The notes beneath the pieces were generated by a model. That model saw only the letters and a list, made by a program, of their open reading frames with translations, was not told the DNA's origin and made no database searches. Below, in pieces: positions 20,787 through 31,089 of a DNA stretch of 64,000 nt; position 1 is the first letter of the stretch; every line of letters starts with the position of its first letter. Source of the stretch: Candidatus Methanomethylicia archaeon (GTDB lineage: Archaea; Thermoproteota; Methanomethylicia; Culexarchaeales; Culexarchaeaceae); NCBI GenBank assembly GCA_038727515.1, contig JAVYVS010000006.1:208-64207 (forward strand). The letters are read 5' to 3'. The translations under genes and the position numbers were made by a program.

Positions 20787-21335
20787 TTATAAATTCTTGC
20801 CATGAAACTTCCTTTTGAATAATTCTATACTTTCCATAACTATTTCTTTAGCTTTTTCAGCATCCCCCCAACTTTTGAATTTAACCCATTTACCTGGTTC
20901 AAGCTTCTTATATGCTTCAAAGAATTCTCTTATTTCAATTAATATATGTGGATGTACTTGTTCAAGCCTAGTTATACCATGGAATCTTGGATCTACTATT
21001 GGTACTGAGAGTATTTTTGGATCATCGCCCTTTTCATCTTCAAGTATTAATACTCCTATAGGTCTAACTTTAATTATACATCCAATTTCCAATGGTTCAT
21101 ATGATAATGTCATTATGTCCAGTGGATCTTCATCATGATACCATGTTTGCGGTATAAATCCATAATCCACTGGGAATACTGTTGATGTATGTATTATCCT
21201 ATCCAATATAAAGACTCCCCACTCTAGATGATACTCATATTTATCTCTAGAACCACTAATAACTTCAACCACCATATTTAATATCTCTGGAGGTTTATCT
21301 CCTGGGGGTATATCTCTCCATAGGTTTAAAACCAA
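20787..21335 (-). CDS. ppa: Inorganic pyrophosphatase (family I)
   Basis: NMVVEVISGSRDKYEY, FPVDYGFIPQT, DPLDI and DDPKI motifs. Confidence 0.9.
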   Translation of the reverse strand: MVLNLWRDIPPGDKPPEILNMVVEVISGSRDKYEYHLEWGVFILDRIIHTSTVFPVDYGFIPQTWYHDEDPLDIMTLSYEPLEIGCIIKVRPIGVLILEDEKGDDPKILSVPIVDPRFHGITRLEQVHPHILIEIREFFEAYKKLEPGKWVKFKSWGDAEKAKEIVMESIELFKRKFHGKNL

Positions 21336-21386
21336 TTTTCAACCTCCACATAGATATTACTCTTAACCTTTAAATCTAGAAGTTTA

Positions 21387-22025
21387 TTGTATTTAACTTT
21401 ATTTATGATGGTTCATTCAATTTATATATTTGGTTTAATAGATAACTTTTTGGTTTTAGCTTTGTATAGAAGGATTATTGTTTTAATACAACCTATTGGA
21501 TTCGTTGATTCAAGTATTCTTGAACGTTTAGCTCTTGATCTAACTTCTAAATTTAACTTCTTTAAAACCTATATCTCAGATATCACTCTTCCACTTTTAG
21601 ATAGAGCTTATAATAAACGTAGAATGCAATACAATTCTTCTCTTCTCCTCCACTATTTAAGTAATATTTCTGGAGCTGAAAATTATGATAGGATTTTAGG
21701 TGTTGTAGATGTTGATATATATGCTGATGAACTTAACTTTGTTTTTGGTGAAGCAATTCTTAATGGTAGATTTGCATTGATTTCACTCTTTAGGTTGAGA
21801 CCTGAATTCTATGGTTATGGAGTAGATTTAGAATTATTTTTTGAAAGGGCTTTGAAAGAAGCTGTTCATGAACTTGGACATACCCTTGGATTAACCCACT
21901 GTCCAGATAGGAGGTGTGTAATGCATTTCAGTAACAGTATTTTAGATACTGATTATAAGAGTTATGAATTCTGTAGTAATTGTAGATTTAAGATTTTAAA
22001 TGTAGTTTTGAAGCCGAAAGTATAA
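21387..22025 (+). CDS. amzA: Archaemetzincin
   Basis: HELGHTLGLTHCPDRRCVMHF...CSNC (zinc site plus Cys4). The true start is probably internal (ATG 21405/21408 or TTG 21462), giving the typical IIVLIQPIG N-terminus. Confidence 0.8.
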   Translation: MYLTLFMMVHSIYIFGLIDNFLVLALYRRIIVLIQPIGFVDSSILERLALDLTSKFNFFKTYISDITLPLLDRAYNKRRMQYNSSLLLHYLSNISGAENYDRILGVVDVDIYADELNFVFGEAILNGRFALISLFRLRPEFYGYGVDLELFFERALKEAVHELGHTLGLTHCPDRRCVMHFSNSILDTDYKSYEFCSNCRFKILNVVLKPKV

Positions 22026-22049
22026 TATCCACGGTAAATTTATATTGTA

Positions 22050-22751
22050 TTGGTGTATGTATTGAAGGTTATTGGTATACTTGGAGGTTTAGGGCCTGAA
22101 GCTACTGCTGAATTATTCATTAGGATAATTAAGGCTACACCAGCTAAAAGAGATCAAGATCATATTCCAATAATAATATTCAATAACCCAAAGATTCCAG
22201 ATAGAACTGCAGCTATACTTTATGGTGGTGAAAGCCCATTGATAGAACTTATTAAAACTGCTCAAAGACTTGAAAGGGCTGGTGCAGACTTCATTATAAT
22301 GCCATGTAATACTGCACATTACTATTATGATGAACTTAAATCTTCAGTTAAAATACCCTTCTTAAATATGATTGAATTAACTGCTGAATATGTTGCTAAG
22401 GTTTATCCCAATGTAAAATTTGTGGGTTTATTGGCAACTACTGGAACTGTTAAAACTGGTTTATATCAAAAGTTATTTGAGAAGTATGGTTTTAAGATTA
22501 TTGTTCCAAGTGATGAAGATCAACGTATTGTTATGAGTGGAATTTATGATGGTGTTAAAGCTGGGAATCTAGATTTAGGTAGAAAGCTTCTCTTGGATAT
22601 CGCTAATAAACTTATTGATAGAGGTTCTGAACTTATGATTCTTGGTTGTACAGAGGTTTCAGTGGTTATTAAGAGTGGTGATTTAAGGGTTCCAGTTGTT
22701 GATCCACTTCAAATTTTAGCTGAAGAAGCTGTTAAATTTGCTTTAAAGTGA
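22050..22751 (+). CDS. Aspartate racemase (Asp/Glu racemase family)
   Basis: IGILGGLGPEAT, MPCNTAHYY and LGCTE catalytic Cys motifs. Confidence 0.8.
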   Translation: MVYVLKVIGILGGLGPEATAELFIRIIKATPAKRDQDHIPIIIFNNPKIPDRTAAILYGGESPLIELIKTAQRLERAGADFIIMPCNTAHYYYDELKSSVKIPFLNMIELTAEYVAKVYPNVKFVGLLATTGTVKTGLYQKLFEKYGFKIIVPSDEDQRIVMSGIYDGVKAGNLDLGRKLLLDIANKLIDRGSELMILGCTEVSVVIKSGDLRVPVVDPLQILAEEAVKFALK

Positions 22752-22758
22752 ATGGTAT

Positions 22759-23511
22759 ATGTTTTTTGATGCTCATATGCATATTGGTGGTATTTTTGGT
22801 GCATTTACCACGAGGATGTGTGGAGAATATTTAGATTCATTTATGGATAGTGTTGGTTTATCTTATGGTTTTATAACTTCTATGTCATCTAGTTTAAATC
22901 ATAATTTATATGTTATGAGTGAAGTTTCTAAATTTCCTAGTAGATTATTTGGTTTTTATTGGGTTAATCCTAAGCGTACAACAATATTAAATGAAGTTTC
23001 AAAAGCTTTAGAAAATGGTTTTATTGGTATAAAGTTTAGACCTGAAACTGATGGTTACAGTATGTTCAATATATCGTTGTTAGAATCAATTTTAGATTAT
23101 GCTTGCAGAGAGAAACTTTTGGTTTATATTCATTGTTCAGGTTTTGGATCTTCACATCCAAGAGCCATTAGATATATATGTTCTCTATATCCTGAATTGA
23201 AAATTATAATTGGACATATGGCTCAAGGATCTATTGAAGCTATTAAAATTGCAGAGGAATATGATAATGTCTTTTTAGAGACATCTGTTTATCGTGATAA
23301 GAAGTTTATTGAATATGCAGTTAATAAGCTTGGATCTAATAGGATATTGTTTGGCTCTGATTATCCATATTCAAATATGCAGATGGAGATTTCTAAAATC
23401 CTCAATTTAAATATTCCATATGAAGATAAACTTAAAATTTTATTTTTCAATTCCCTATCTCTTCTGCCCTCTAAATATTCTCCTAATAAACCTCTTAATT
23501 CTCATAATTAA
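22759..23511 (+). CDS. Amidohydrolase family (TIM-barrel metal-dependent hydrolase)
   Basis: FDAHMHIG, IIGHMA and FGSDYPY motifs. Confidence 0.7.
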   Translation: MFFDAHMHIGGIFGAFTTRMCGEYLDSFMDSVGLSYGFITSMSSSLNHNLYVMSEVSKFPSRLFGFYWVNPKRTTILNEVSKALENGFIGIKFRPETDGYSMFNISLLESILDYACREKLLVYIHCSGFGSSHPRAIRYICSLYPELKIIIGHMAQGSIEAIKIAEEYDNVFLETSVYRDKKFIEYAVNKLGSNRILFGSDYPYSNMQMEISKILNLNIPYEDKLKILFFNSLSLLPSKYSPNKPLNSHN

Positions 23512-24012
23512 AATTTCAAGTAAGCTTGGTTCTCTCTCAAATCTATAGACTTCTTTTAATAAAGCTTCTGCAAGTTCTTCTGCTAATTCATAGTTTATAT
23601 TTATGTGGAATCTTGATGGAAATAATGTAGCTATTGGTTTTCCATCCTTTAATAATTCTAATCCTCCAGCAGCTTCTCTTCCATATCTTGGATGTGGTAT
23701 TGGTGGTACATCAACTATATTATCAACATTAAATTTCCCATAGGCTACTTCTTCTATTCTTTTAAATGTATTTGAATCGAAGACTATTTGTGGTAGATTG
23801 TATATTACATATTCATTTCCAGATATTTCACCTTTTATTGAAGCTCCTCTAAAAACTTCAACCATATCCTTATATTCCTTAGATGAATACATTATTGTTA
23901 CAGGCTTCCTAGAAAATTCCATTTCCACTACTATTGATGGTAATGGCCTTGTCCTATGCTCCTCCTCTAAATATTTAAGTCTCCTTTTCAATTCACGTAT
24001 TAAAGTTGACAT
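23455..24012 (-). CDS. Hypothetical protein
   Basis: 185-aa ORF with coding-like composition and no recognised motif. Its 3' end overlaps the convergent gene by 57 nt. Confidence 0.45.
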   Translation of the reverse strand: MSTLIRELKRRLKYLEEEHRTRPLPSIVVEMEFSRKPVTIMYSSKEYKDMVEVFRGASIKGEISGNEYVIYNLPQIVFDSNTFKRIEEVAYGKFNVDNIVDVPPIPHPRYGREAAGGLELLKDGKPIATLFPSRFHININYELAEELAEALLKEVYRFEREPSLLEILIMRIKRFIRRIFRGQKR

Positions 24013-24056
24013 TTCAATTTTAACCTAAAATAAATGTTCTACTCTCCATATTTAAG

Positions 24057-25055
24057 TTAACTCATCTTTAATACTATAGATCCACTATGTTCACCATACT
24101 TCAAACTTTTTAAAGCTTCATTTGCATCTTCCAATGAATATATAGTTATCTTTGTTTTAATTTTTACTTTTGATGCTAATTCTAAAAATTCCTTTACATC
24201 GTTTCTAGTTACATTAGCTACACTTTTCATCTCTTTCTCCAACCATATATCTTGATAATTTATTTTTTCTATTGGAGTCATGTATATTCCAGCTAATATT
24301 AGTCTCCCACCTCTATCAAGCTTCTTTAAAGCTTCTATTGCAACCCAACCTGCAGGTGCAAATACTATTGCTGCATCTAAAGTTTCCTCTATTGATTCTC
24401 TAGGTTCTCCAACCCATGAAGCTCCTAAATTCAATGCTAATTGTTGTGAATCCTTTGATCTCGTAAATACATATACTTCAATTCCCAAGTATTTTGCTAA
24501 TTGTAGTATCATATGGGCTGAAGATCCAAATCCAAATAATCCAAGTTTATCACCGCTATTAACCTTAGCCATTTTAAAAGCTCTATAACCTATAGCTCCG
24601 CCACATAGTAATGGTGCAGCGTGTAAAACATCTAAACCCTCTGGAATCTCATGTATATAACTTGCTTTTGCAATCATGTATTCTGAATATCCACCATCAA
24701 CACTATATCCAGTGAATAATGCATTTCTACATAGATTTTCAAATCCATTCAAGCAATATTTACATTTTCCACAGCTCCAGTACAACCATGGAACTCCAAA
24801 AATTCTACCCTTCAATTCACTTTTAACTTCAGATCCAACTTCAACGACTTCGCCTAACACTTGATGTCCCAATATTAATGGTAGTTTTACAGCTTTTAAT
24901 TCTCCTTCAACTATATGAAGGTCTGTTCTACATACACCACAACACTTTACTTTCAATAATACTTCATCAGGTTTTAGTTTGGGGAAATCTAAATCTACTA
25001 GTTTTAAAGGTTTTTCTTCTATTGGTTTTTGCTCTTCTAGTAACATTGCCTTCAA
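24057..25055 (-). CDS. Zinc-dependent alcohol dehydrogenase (MDR family)
   Basis: CGVCRTDLH, GHQVLGEV, structural zinc site CGKCKYCLNGFENLC, and GFGSSAH nucleotide fold. Confidence 0.85.
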   Translation of the reverse strand: MKAMLLEEQKPIEEKPLKLVDLDFPKLKPDEVLLKVKCCGVCRTDLHIVEGELKAVKLPLILGHQVLGEVVEVGSEVKSELKGRIFGVPWLYWSCGKCKYCLNGFENLCRNALFTGYSVDGGYSEYMIAKASYIHEIPEGLDVLHAAPLLCGGAIGYRAFKMAKVNSGDKLGLFGFGSSAHMILQLAKYLGIEVYVFTRSKDSQQLALNLGASWVGEPRESIEETLDAAIVFAPAGWVAIEALKKLDRGGRLILAGIYMTPIEKINYQDIWLEKEMKSVANVTRNDVKEFLELASKVKIKTKITIYSLEDANEALKSLKYGEHSGSIVLKMS

Positions 25056-25147
25056 ATTTTACACCGAGAAATTTTTATCGTATCCTTAACTATATTTATT
25101 TGGGTTTAAATTTGAATGATGAAGAATCTTTAGATATTGAGAGGATT

Positions 25148-25417
25148 ATGCTTGAATCTCAGATTAAAGAGCTTAAACAGATAATTGAAATGCTTCAAGA
25201 TAGATTGAGATTTCTAGAGACTGTATTAAACGCTCATAAATGGCATCCATTTAAGAGTGGTAGTGGTGAATGGGCTTTTTCAAATGATTTCCCAGAGTTA
25301 AAGCAAAGACTTATTGAAGCGAATGCTAGAGAATCAAATTACCTTGAATTTAATGGTTATAGATATAGACTTTCCGGTGAAGGTGATAAATTCATTCAGA
25401 GATTTCCATTGAAATAG
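25148..25417 (+). CDS. Small hypothetical protein with N-terminal coiled coil
   Basis: In-frame ATG at 25148 (alternative TTG at 25112). The upstream part of track ORF 24878..25417 overlaps the ADH gene antisense and is unlikely to be coding. Confidence 0.4.
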   Translation: MLESQIKELKQIIEMLQDRLRFLETVLNAHKWHPFKSGSGEWAFSNDFPELKQRLIEANARESNYLEFNGYRYRLSGEGDKFIQRFPLK

Positions 25418-25456
25418 ATTTATATCATCACAATCAATATTATCTAGTGAACTCTT

Positions 25457-26410
25457 ATGAATAGTTTCATTAAGGATTTTAATGCACATGTAACTAGTGT
25501 TGTAGATAAGGTTTCTAAAGGTGTTGTAACAATAACCACTGTTAAACTTGGTTTTGAAAGTTTCTTTGGAACTGTTCCAGTTAGAGGTATAGGATCAGGT
25601 TTCCTTATTAGTGAAGATATAATTGTAACTAATGCACATGTGGTTGCAGACGCCAGAGCTGTAGATGTAATTTTCCATGATGGTTATAGAACTGAAGGTA
25701 GAGTTTTAATTGCAGACTCATATAGAGACATCGCTTTAGTTAGAGTTAGCGATATTCCAAGTGGAGTTAAACCTCTTCAAATGGGTGATTCAAATAATCT
25801 TAAAGTTGGTGAAATAGTACTTGCAATAGGTAGCCCTCTAGGTCTTCCAGGTCCAACGGTAACTATGGGCGTTGTTAGTGCAATTGGTAGAAATATCGTG
25901 GGGCAGGATGTAGCTTTAGAAGATCTTATTCAAACGGATGCAGCTATAAATCCAGGTAATAGTGGCGGTCCATTGGTAAATATAGATGGTTACATTGTTG
26001 GAGTAGTTACAGCAATAATACCATATGCTCAAGGTGTGGGGTTTGCAATACCAATAAATACTGTTAAAAGAGTTTTGGAGATGATTGAAATTTATGGTAG
26101 GCCTGTTAGAGCTATGATTGGTGTTTATGCTGCATCTATAACTCCACAATTAGCTTCAGCCTATAGACTTCCATTAAAACATGGATTACTTGTTATTCGA
26201 GTTATTCCAGGTACACCTGCACATGAAGTTAGAATAGCTCCAGGAGACATTATAACTAAGATTGCTGGTAAAGATGTTTATGATGTTAGAGAACTTAGAA
26301 GGGCTGTAGAAGATTCCATAGCTCAAGGTTATATTGAACTTGAAGTTTATAGGTCTGGATATGGTTATAGGAGGATTAAAGTTCCAATAATGGTTGAAGA
26401 AGTAGAGTGA
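25457..26410 (+). CDS. HtrA/DegP-like trypsin-fold serine protease with PDZ domain
   Basis: Catalytic triad contexts TNAHVV, DIALVRV and GNSGGPLVN, plus a C-terminal PDZ-like region. Confidence 0.85.
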   Translation: MNSFIKDFNAHVTSVVDKVSKGVVTITTVKLGFESFFGTVPVRGIGSGFLISEDIIVTNAHVVADARAVDVIFHDGYRTEGRVLIADSYRDIALVRVSDIPSGVKPLQMGDSNNLKVGEIVLAIGSPLGLPGPTVTMGVVSAIGRNIVGQDVALEDLIQTDAAINPGNSGGPLVNIDGYIVGVVTAIIPYAQGVGFAIPINTVKRVLEMIEIYGRPVRAMIGVYAASITPQLASAYRLPLKHGLLVIRVIPGTPAHEVRIAPGDIITKIAGKDVYDVRELRRAVEDSIAQGYIELEVYRSGYGYRRIKVPIMVEEVE

Positions 26411-26450
26411 ATGATAAATCTTATCTCACATTCAAACTTAATTTTTATAG

Positions 26451-26798
26451 GTGAATTTCTTGGAATCAAAAGATCTTTTTGATGTTGAAGAGTTCTGGAA
26501 ATTTAAAATGAAAGTTGGATTAGTTAAAAATGCCGAGAGAATTCCTAGAACTAGAAAACTAATTAAGTTAACAGTGGATTTTGGAAATGAATCTAGAACT
26601 GTTATTGCTGGAATTGGAGATCAATATAGTCCAGAGGATTTATTGAATAAGAAGATGATTTTTGTTACAAATTTAAAGCCCAAAAAGATCGCTGATGTAG
26701 AAAGTCAAGCAATGCTTATTGTAGCTGAAGATGAAAATGGGAAAGTTTATTTAATAAATCTAAGTGAAGAAGTACCTTTAGGGGCTAAAGTCTGGTAA
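26451..26798 (+). CDS. tRNA-binding domain protein (CsaA/Trbp111/MetRS-C-like OB fold)
   Basis: KVGLVKNAERIP..RKLIKLTVDFG...RTVIAGI...KMIFVTNLKPKK, characteristic of the family. Confidence 0.8.
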   Translation: MNFLESKDLFDVEEFWKFKMKVGLVKNAERIPRTRKLIKLTVDFGNESRTVIAGIGDQYSPEDLLNKKMIFVTNLKPKKIADVESQAMLIVAEDENGKVYLINLSEEVPLGAKVW

Positions 26799-27980
26799 AA
26801 TACTATCTCTCCATCTTTTTACCATATATGAGAGTGTAAATGGAATTATAAGTGTAGTTAGAGTTGAAACTCCAATAAATGATGTAAATAGTATTTCATC
26901 TATAAAACCAGCTGAATATAATATTTGAGCTGGTATTATACCCATAGAAAACTTTGCACTAATCCCCCAACCTACAACTACAATTTCCTTCCAATTCATT
27001 CTAGAATACAATCCCACAATAAGTGAAGCTGAAAATTTACTAATGAAATTAGCGAAAAGAAGCAATAAAGTTAAACTTAAACTCCTAATAATGCTATCTA
27101 GAGTTATACTTAACCCTATTTTAAAGAAGAATATAGGTCCCAGAAACCCGTAAGCTATAGATCTAAGAATCTCAATACACCTACCATTACTATTAGATTT
27201 TAAGGAGAATTTTTGAAATGTAATACCAGCAATTATAGCGCCAAGTAATATGCCGAGATTGAAATACTCTGAAATCACTGTAAACGTTATTGCCACTAAT
27301 AATATAAGCATAGTTAAACTATGAACACTTATTTTCCCCTCAAATAAAGCTAATTTGGGAAATAAGAATCTATTTAGTAAACTTGCTAGAAAAACTAAAG
27401 TTAACATTCCAAAAATTATATTCACTGGATTAAATAAATATCTACCACCAACAATAACTGAAGCTAAGGATGCTAACGATACTTCTAATACATCATCAAT
27501 AATCCCGGAGCCTAAAATTAAATTTGCACTTCTACTTCTAATAACATCAAGTTCATCAAGTATAGGTGCAACAGTTGCTTCAGCAACAGTAGCTAAAGCA
27601 GTAGATATTAAAACCGAAATATAAAGTGGATAACCATAAGAAACAATAATTATAGTACCAATCAATGTGGAAAATACTATATTCAGAAAAGATATAACAA
27701 TAATATTCCAAGATTGCTTCTTAAATTCATTCACATCAATCCTTAAACCAATAAGAAATATCAAAAGCATTATACCTAGATTAGAAAGAAAATTATACTC
27801 ATCACTTAAAGCTAAAACACATAAATTTGAAGTGTATGGAATGACCATGAGAATTATACCAACAAGTAATGGTGCAAGCAAACTTGGTATATGAAATCTA
27901 TCAAATGGAAAATGTAGTAAATATGATACAAAAAACATAAAAGCTAATAGACCCATCAGAACAAGATCTTCCTCAATCAT
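26778..27980 (-). CDS. Cation:proton antiporter (Na+/H+ exchanger family)
   Basis: About 11-12 predicted TM helices. Contains ATVAEATVAPIL and GSGIIDDV motifs typical of CPA transporters. Confidence 0.8.
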   Translation of the reverse strand: MIEEDLVLMGLLAFMFFVSYLLHFPFDRFHIPSLLAPLLVGIILMVIPYTSNLCVLALSDEYNFLSNLGIMLLIFLIGLRIDVNEFKKQSWNIIVISFLNIVFSTLIGTIIIVSYGYPLYISVLISTALATVAEATVAPILDELDVIRSRSANLILGSGIIDDVLEVSLASLASVIVGGRYLFNPVNIIFGMLTLVFLASLLNRFLFPKLALFEGKISVHSLTMLILLVAITFTVISEYFNLGILLGAIIAGITFQKFSLKSNSNGRCIEILRSIAYGFLGPIFFFKIGLSITLDSIIRSLSLTLLLLFANFISKFSASLIVGLYSRMNWKEIVVVGWGISAKFSMGIIPAQILYSAGFIDEILFTSFIGVSTLTTLIIPFTLSYMVKRWRDSILPDFSP

Positions 27981-28206
27981 AAAATCTTAAAATACTAACT
28001 AACTCTACCTTTAAACTTTATCACTCAAGATCTTTAAGGAAAAGCATAAAAGAAAGCCTATAAATCCATCATAAACTTTTTCATTGATTACATTACTTTA
28101 TATTTTAAACATCTAACTTCAAATAGATAATGAATTTTTAATAATATGTAAACATATTCTACAAAATAATTTTTCATCAATACATGGAAACCCTTATTAA
28201 CTAGTA

Positions 28207-28220
28207 TTTTTATAAAAAAA
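28207..28220 (+). promoter_or_regulatory. TATA-box-like element upstream of the ABC transporter operon
   Basis: ttttataaaaaaa lies about 20-25 nt upstream of the ATG at 28236, consistent with an archaeal promoter giving a leaderless or short-leader mRNA. Confidence 0.35.
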
Positions 28221-28235
28221 TTGGTGTTATTCTAC

Positions 28236-29570
28236 ATGGAAAGAAAATCAATAATACTAATGATTATATTGCTTATAATTGGTTTAGCTGCTGGTTCTGT
28301 TGTTGGATATTATGCATCTCCTCCTAAGATTGTGGAAAAGGAGAAGATTATTGAAAAACCAGTATATCCACTAAAGGGTGAAATACCCATAGGAGTAATA
28401 GTTGCAAGTACTGGATACTTAGAAACTGAAAGAGCTACTGTTGAGATAGCTATTGAGGAAGTAAATAAATATGTTGAAAGTCTTGGATTGCCAATAACAT
28501 TTAAAGCTTATATTGAGGACGCTGAAGGATCTTCAACTAAGGCTTTAGAGAAGCTTCAAAGTTTATATGCGAAGGGTATTAGGATTACTGTTGGCTGGAG
28601 GTTTAGTGGGCAGATAAGGGCTTGCTACGATTATATACAGGCAAATAAGATTTTAGTTATTAGTGATGGTTCAACTTCTCCATTATTATGCATGGATGAT
28701 TATGTCTTTAGATTGCCAACAAATGATCTTGTCCAAGGTAAAATAATACCAAAAATAATACTTGAATATGGTGTAAAAGCAATAGCAGTTCTACAGAGGG
28801 CTGATACTTGGGGTGATGGATTATATGCTGTTATTGAAAGTGAATATAAAAAGTTTGGTGGTGTAATTGTTGAAAGGATAAGGTATGATCCTGAGAAAAC
28901 TGAGTTTTCAGCTGAGTTAGCCTTATTAAATTCAAAAATTGATTCAGCTATTAAAACTTATGGTAAGGAGAATGTTGGCTTTTTATTGTTGGCTTTTGAT
29001 GAAGCAGCAGTAATACAGGCTCAAGCCAAGGATTATCCGCATCTAATGTCAGTTTTATGGTTTGGATCTGATGGTCATGTATGGAGCGATAGACTTGTAG
29101 AGGAAGCTGGTGGATATGCATATCTTGTACGACATATATGTACATATGCTGCAACTATGAATTCTACATTGAGAATGAGCTTTGCAGAAAAGCATAAGGC
29201 TAAAGTTGGTTACGTTCCAGGAACTTACTCAACATGTCTTTATGATAGTATATGGCTAGTTGCAAAAACTATATTGGAAGCTGCTACAACTGACACCACT
29301 GTTCTTAAAAAGGTATTACCTATGGTTGCAGCAAGATATTTTGGCGCTAGCGGTTGGTGTTTACTTGATGAGAATGGTGATAGAGCTATGATGAATTACG
29401 ATATATGGGCTGTTATAAAGCAGAGCGAAGCACCGCTCTGTAAATTTGTATACTACTATAATGTTACTATTAACGGTGAGAAGCTGGCTTGGGCTATTGT
29501 TGGATCATATGATTCTGTAACTGGAGAAATAACATGGTTCTTTAAACCAAAACTTATGACTACGGGTTAA
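28236..29570 (+). CDS. ABC transporter substrate-binding protein, branched-chain amino acid (LivJ/K-like) type, membrane-anchored
   Basis: N-terminal TM anchor SIILMIILLIIGLAAG followed by a type I periplasmic-binding-protein fold. First gene of a liv-type operon. The ATG at 28236 is preferred over the track TTG at 28221. Confidence 0.8.
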   Translation: MERKSIILMIILLIIGLAAGSVVGYYASPPKIVEKEKIIEKPVYPLKGEIPIGVIVASTGYLETERATVEIAIEEVNKYVESLGLPITFKAYIEDAEGSSTKALEKLQSLYAKGIRITVGWRFSGQIRACYDYIQANKILVISDGSTSPLLCMDDYVFRLPTNDLVQGKIIPKIILEYGVKAIAVLQRADTWGDGLYAVIESEYKKFGGVIVERIRYDPEKTEFSAELALLNSKIDSAIKTYGKENVGFLLLAFDEAAVIQAQAKDYPHLMSVLWFGSDGHVWSDRLVEEAGGYAYLVRHICTYAATMNSTLRMSFAEKHKAKVGYVPGTYSTCLYDSIWLVAKTILEAATTDTTVLKKVLPMVAARYFGASGWCLLDENGDRAMMNYDIWAVIKQSEAPLCKFVYYYNVTINGEKLAWAIVGSYDSVTGEITWFFKPKLMTTG

Positions 29571-29598
29571 TAAACCTATAACATAATTATTTTTTATT

Positions 29599-30378
29599 AT
29601 GGTGATTTTGATGGGTGATGTACTTAAGGTAGATGGCTTAACAAAACTTTTTGGAGCTTTTAAAGCTATTGATAATGTGTCTATGGTTGTAGGTGAGAAG
29701 AAGATAACTTTACTTGTTGGACCTAATGGTAGTGGTAAAACAACATTATTAAACTGTATATCGGGTGTCTATAAGCCTGAAGCAGGCAGAATCTTTTATT
29801 GTGAAGTTGATATAACTAATAAGAAACCTCATGAAAGAGTTAAGATGGGTTTAGTCCCAACATTTCAAATACCCTCACCCTTCTATAGACTTACTGTTCT
29901 AGAAAATCTATTGGTTTCTTTTCAAAACAATCCTGGGGAAAATTTGTTTAAATGTCTGTTTAGAAGCGTATGGGCTAGGAGTGAAGAAGAAGCTTTAGAT
30001 AAAGCATTTAAAATTCTGGATCTGCTGGAACTTATGGATGTATATGATAAACCTGCTCATACACTTAGTGGTGGTCAATTGAAATTATTGGAGATTGGTA
30101 GAGCTCTTATGGTTAATCCAAAGACGTTAATTATGGATGAACCTGCCGGCAGTATAAATCCAGTATTAGCACATAAAATATTCCAAAGCTTACTAAAGAT
30201 AAGAGATGAATTTGGAATTACATTGTTAATAGTGGAACATAGATTGGATTTAGCCATAGATTATGTAGATTATGTTTATGCTATGCATCTTGGTAAAATA
30301 ATTTCTCATGGAAAACCTGAAGAAGTTTTTAATGATAGTAGAGTTATTGAAGCTTATCTTGGAGGGGAAATTACATGA
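29599..30378 (+). CDS. livG: Branched-chain amino acid ABC transporter ATP-binding protein
   Basis: Walker A GPNGSGKTT, signature LSGGQLK, Walker B LIMDEP. Confidence 0.85.
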   Translation: MVILMGDVLKVDGLTKLFGAFKAIDNVSMVVGEKKITLLVGPNGSGKTTLLNCISGVYKPEAGRIFYCEVDITNKKPHERVKMGLVPTFQIPSPFYRLTVLENLLVSFQNNPGENLFKCLFRSVWARSEEEALDKAFKILDLLELMDVYDKPAHTLSGGQLKLLEIGRALMVNPKTLIMDEPAGSINPVLAHKIFQSLLKIRDEFGITLLIVEHRLDLAIDYVDYVYAMHLGKIISHGKPEEVFNDSRVIEAYLGGEIT

Positions 30379-31085
30379 TAGAAGTTAATGGACTTAATGC
30401 TGGATATGGGAAGCTGCATATATTATATGACGTTGATTTCAGAGTTGGTGATAATGAGATGGTAACTGTGTTGGGACCTAATGGTAGTGGTAAAAGTACT
30501 TTGCTTAAAACTATTATGGGTTTAACCACCATATATTCCGGTAGAATTTTATTTGATGGTAAAGATATTACTAAGCTTAGACCTAATGAAAAGGCTAAGA
30601 TTGGTATAGCATATTTACCTCAAGTTGGAAGTGTATTTACAAATTTAAGTGTTAGAGAGAATATGATTATGGCTGGTTTAACTATTGGTAAAGATGAGTT
30701 TAATGATAGATTAGAGTATTCATTGAGTATGTTTCCATTTTTGAAGGGTTGCTTAGATAGGAAAGTTAAAACTTTAAGTGGTGGTGAGAGACAGATGCTT
30801 GCAATGGCTATGGCTCTTATGAGGAAGCCTAAAATCTTAATGTTTGATGAACCTACAGGTAATCTTGCTCCTAAAATTGCCATGGATGTCTTTAATAAAA
30901 TTATAGAATTAAAAGATCAATTGGGTATAGCTATATTGTTGGTTGAGCAAAATGTTAAAAGAGCTCTTGAAATTAGTGATAGAGCATATCTATTAGTTTC
31001 TGGTAGAATAGTTTTTGAAGGTGAATCTAAGGAACTTTTAAATCATCCTGAACTTGGAAAGATGTATCTCGGTTTAAAGAGGTGA
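30375..31085 (+). CDS. livF: Branched-chain amino acid ABC transporter ATP-binding protein
   Basis: Walker A GPNGSGKST, signature LSGGERQ, Walker B LMFDEP. Shows a 4-nt overlap with livG. Confidence 0.85.
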   Translation: MIEVNGLNAGYGKLHILYDVDFRVGDNEMVTVLGPNGSGKSTLLKTIMGLTTIYSGRILFDGKDITKLRPNEKAKIGIAYLPQVGSVFTNLSVRENMIMAGLTIGKDEFNDRLEYSLSMFPFLKGCLDRKVKTLSGGERQMLAMAMALMRKPKILMFDEPTGNLAPKIAMDVFNKIIELKDQLGIAILLVEQNVKRALEISDRAYLLVSGRIVFEGESKELLNHPELGKMYLGLKR

Positions 31086-31089
31086 GTTT

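Noticed and set aside
24878-25147. N-terminal 90 codons of track ORF 24878..25417
   Set aside because: This part overlaps the well-supported alcohol dehydrogenase gene antisense and is Leu-rich low complexity. Only the part from 25112/25148 onward looks coding.
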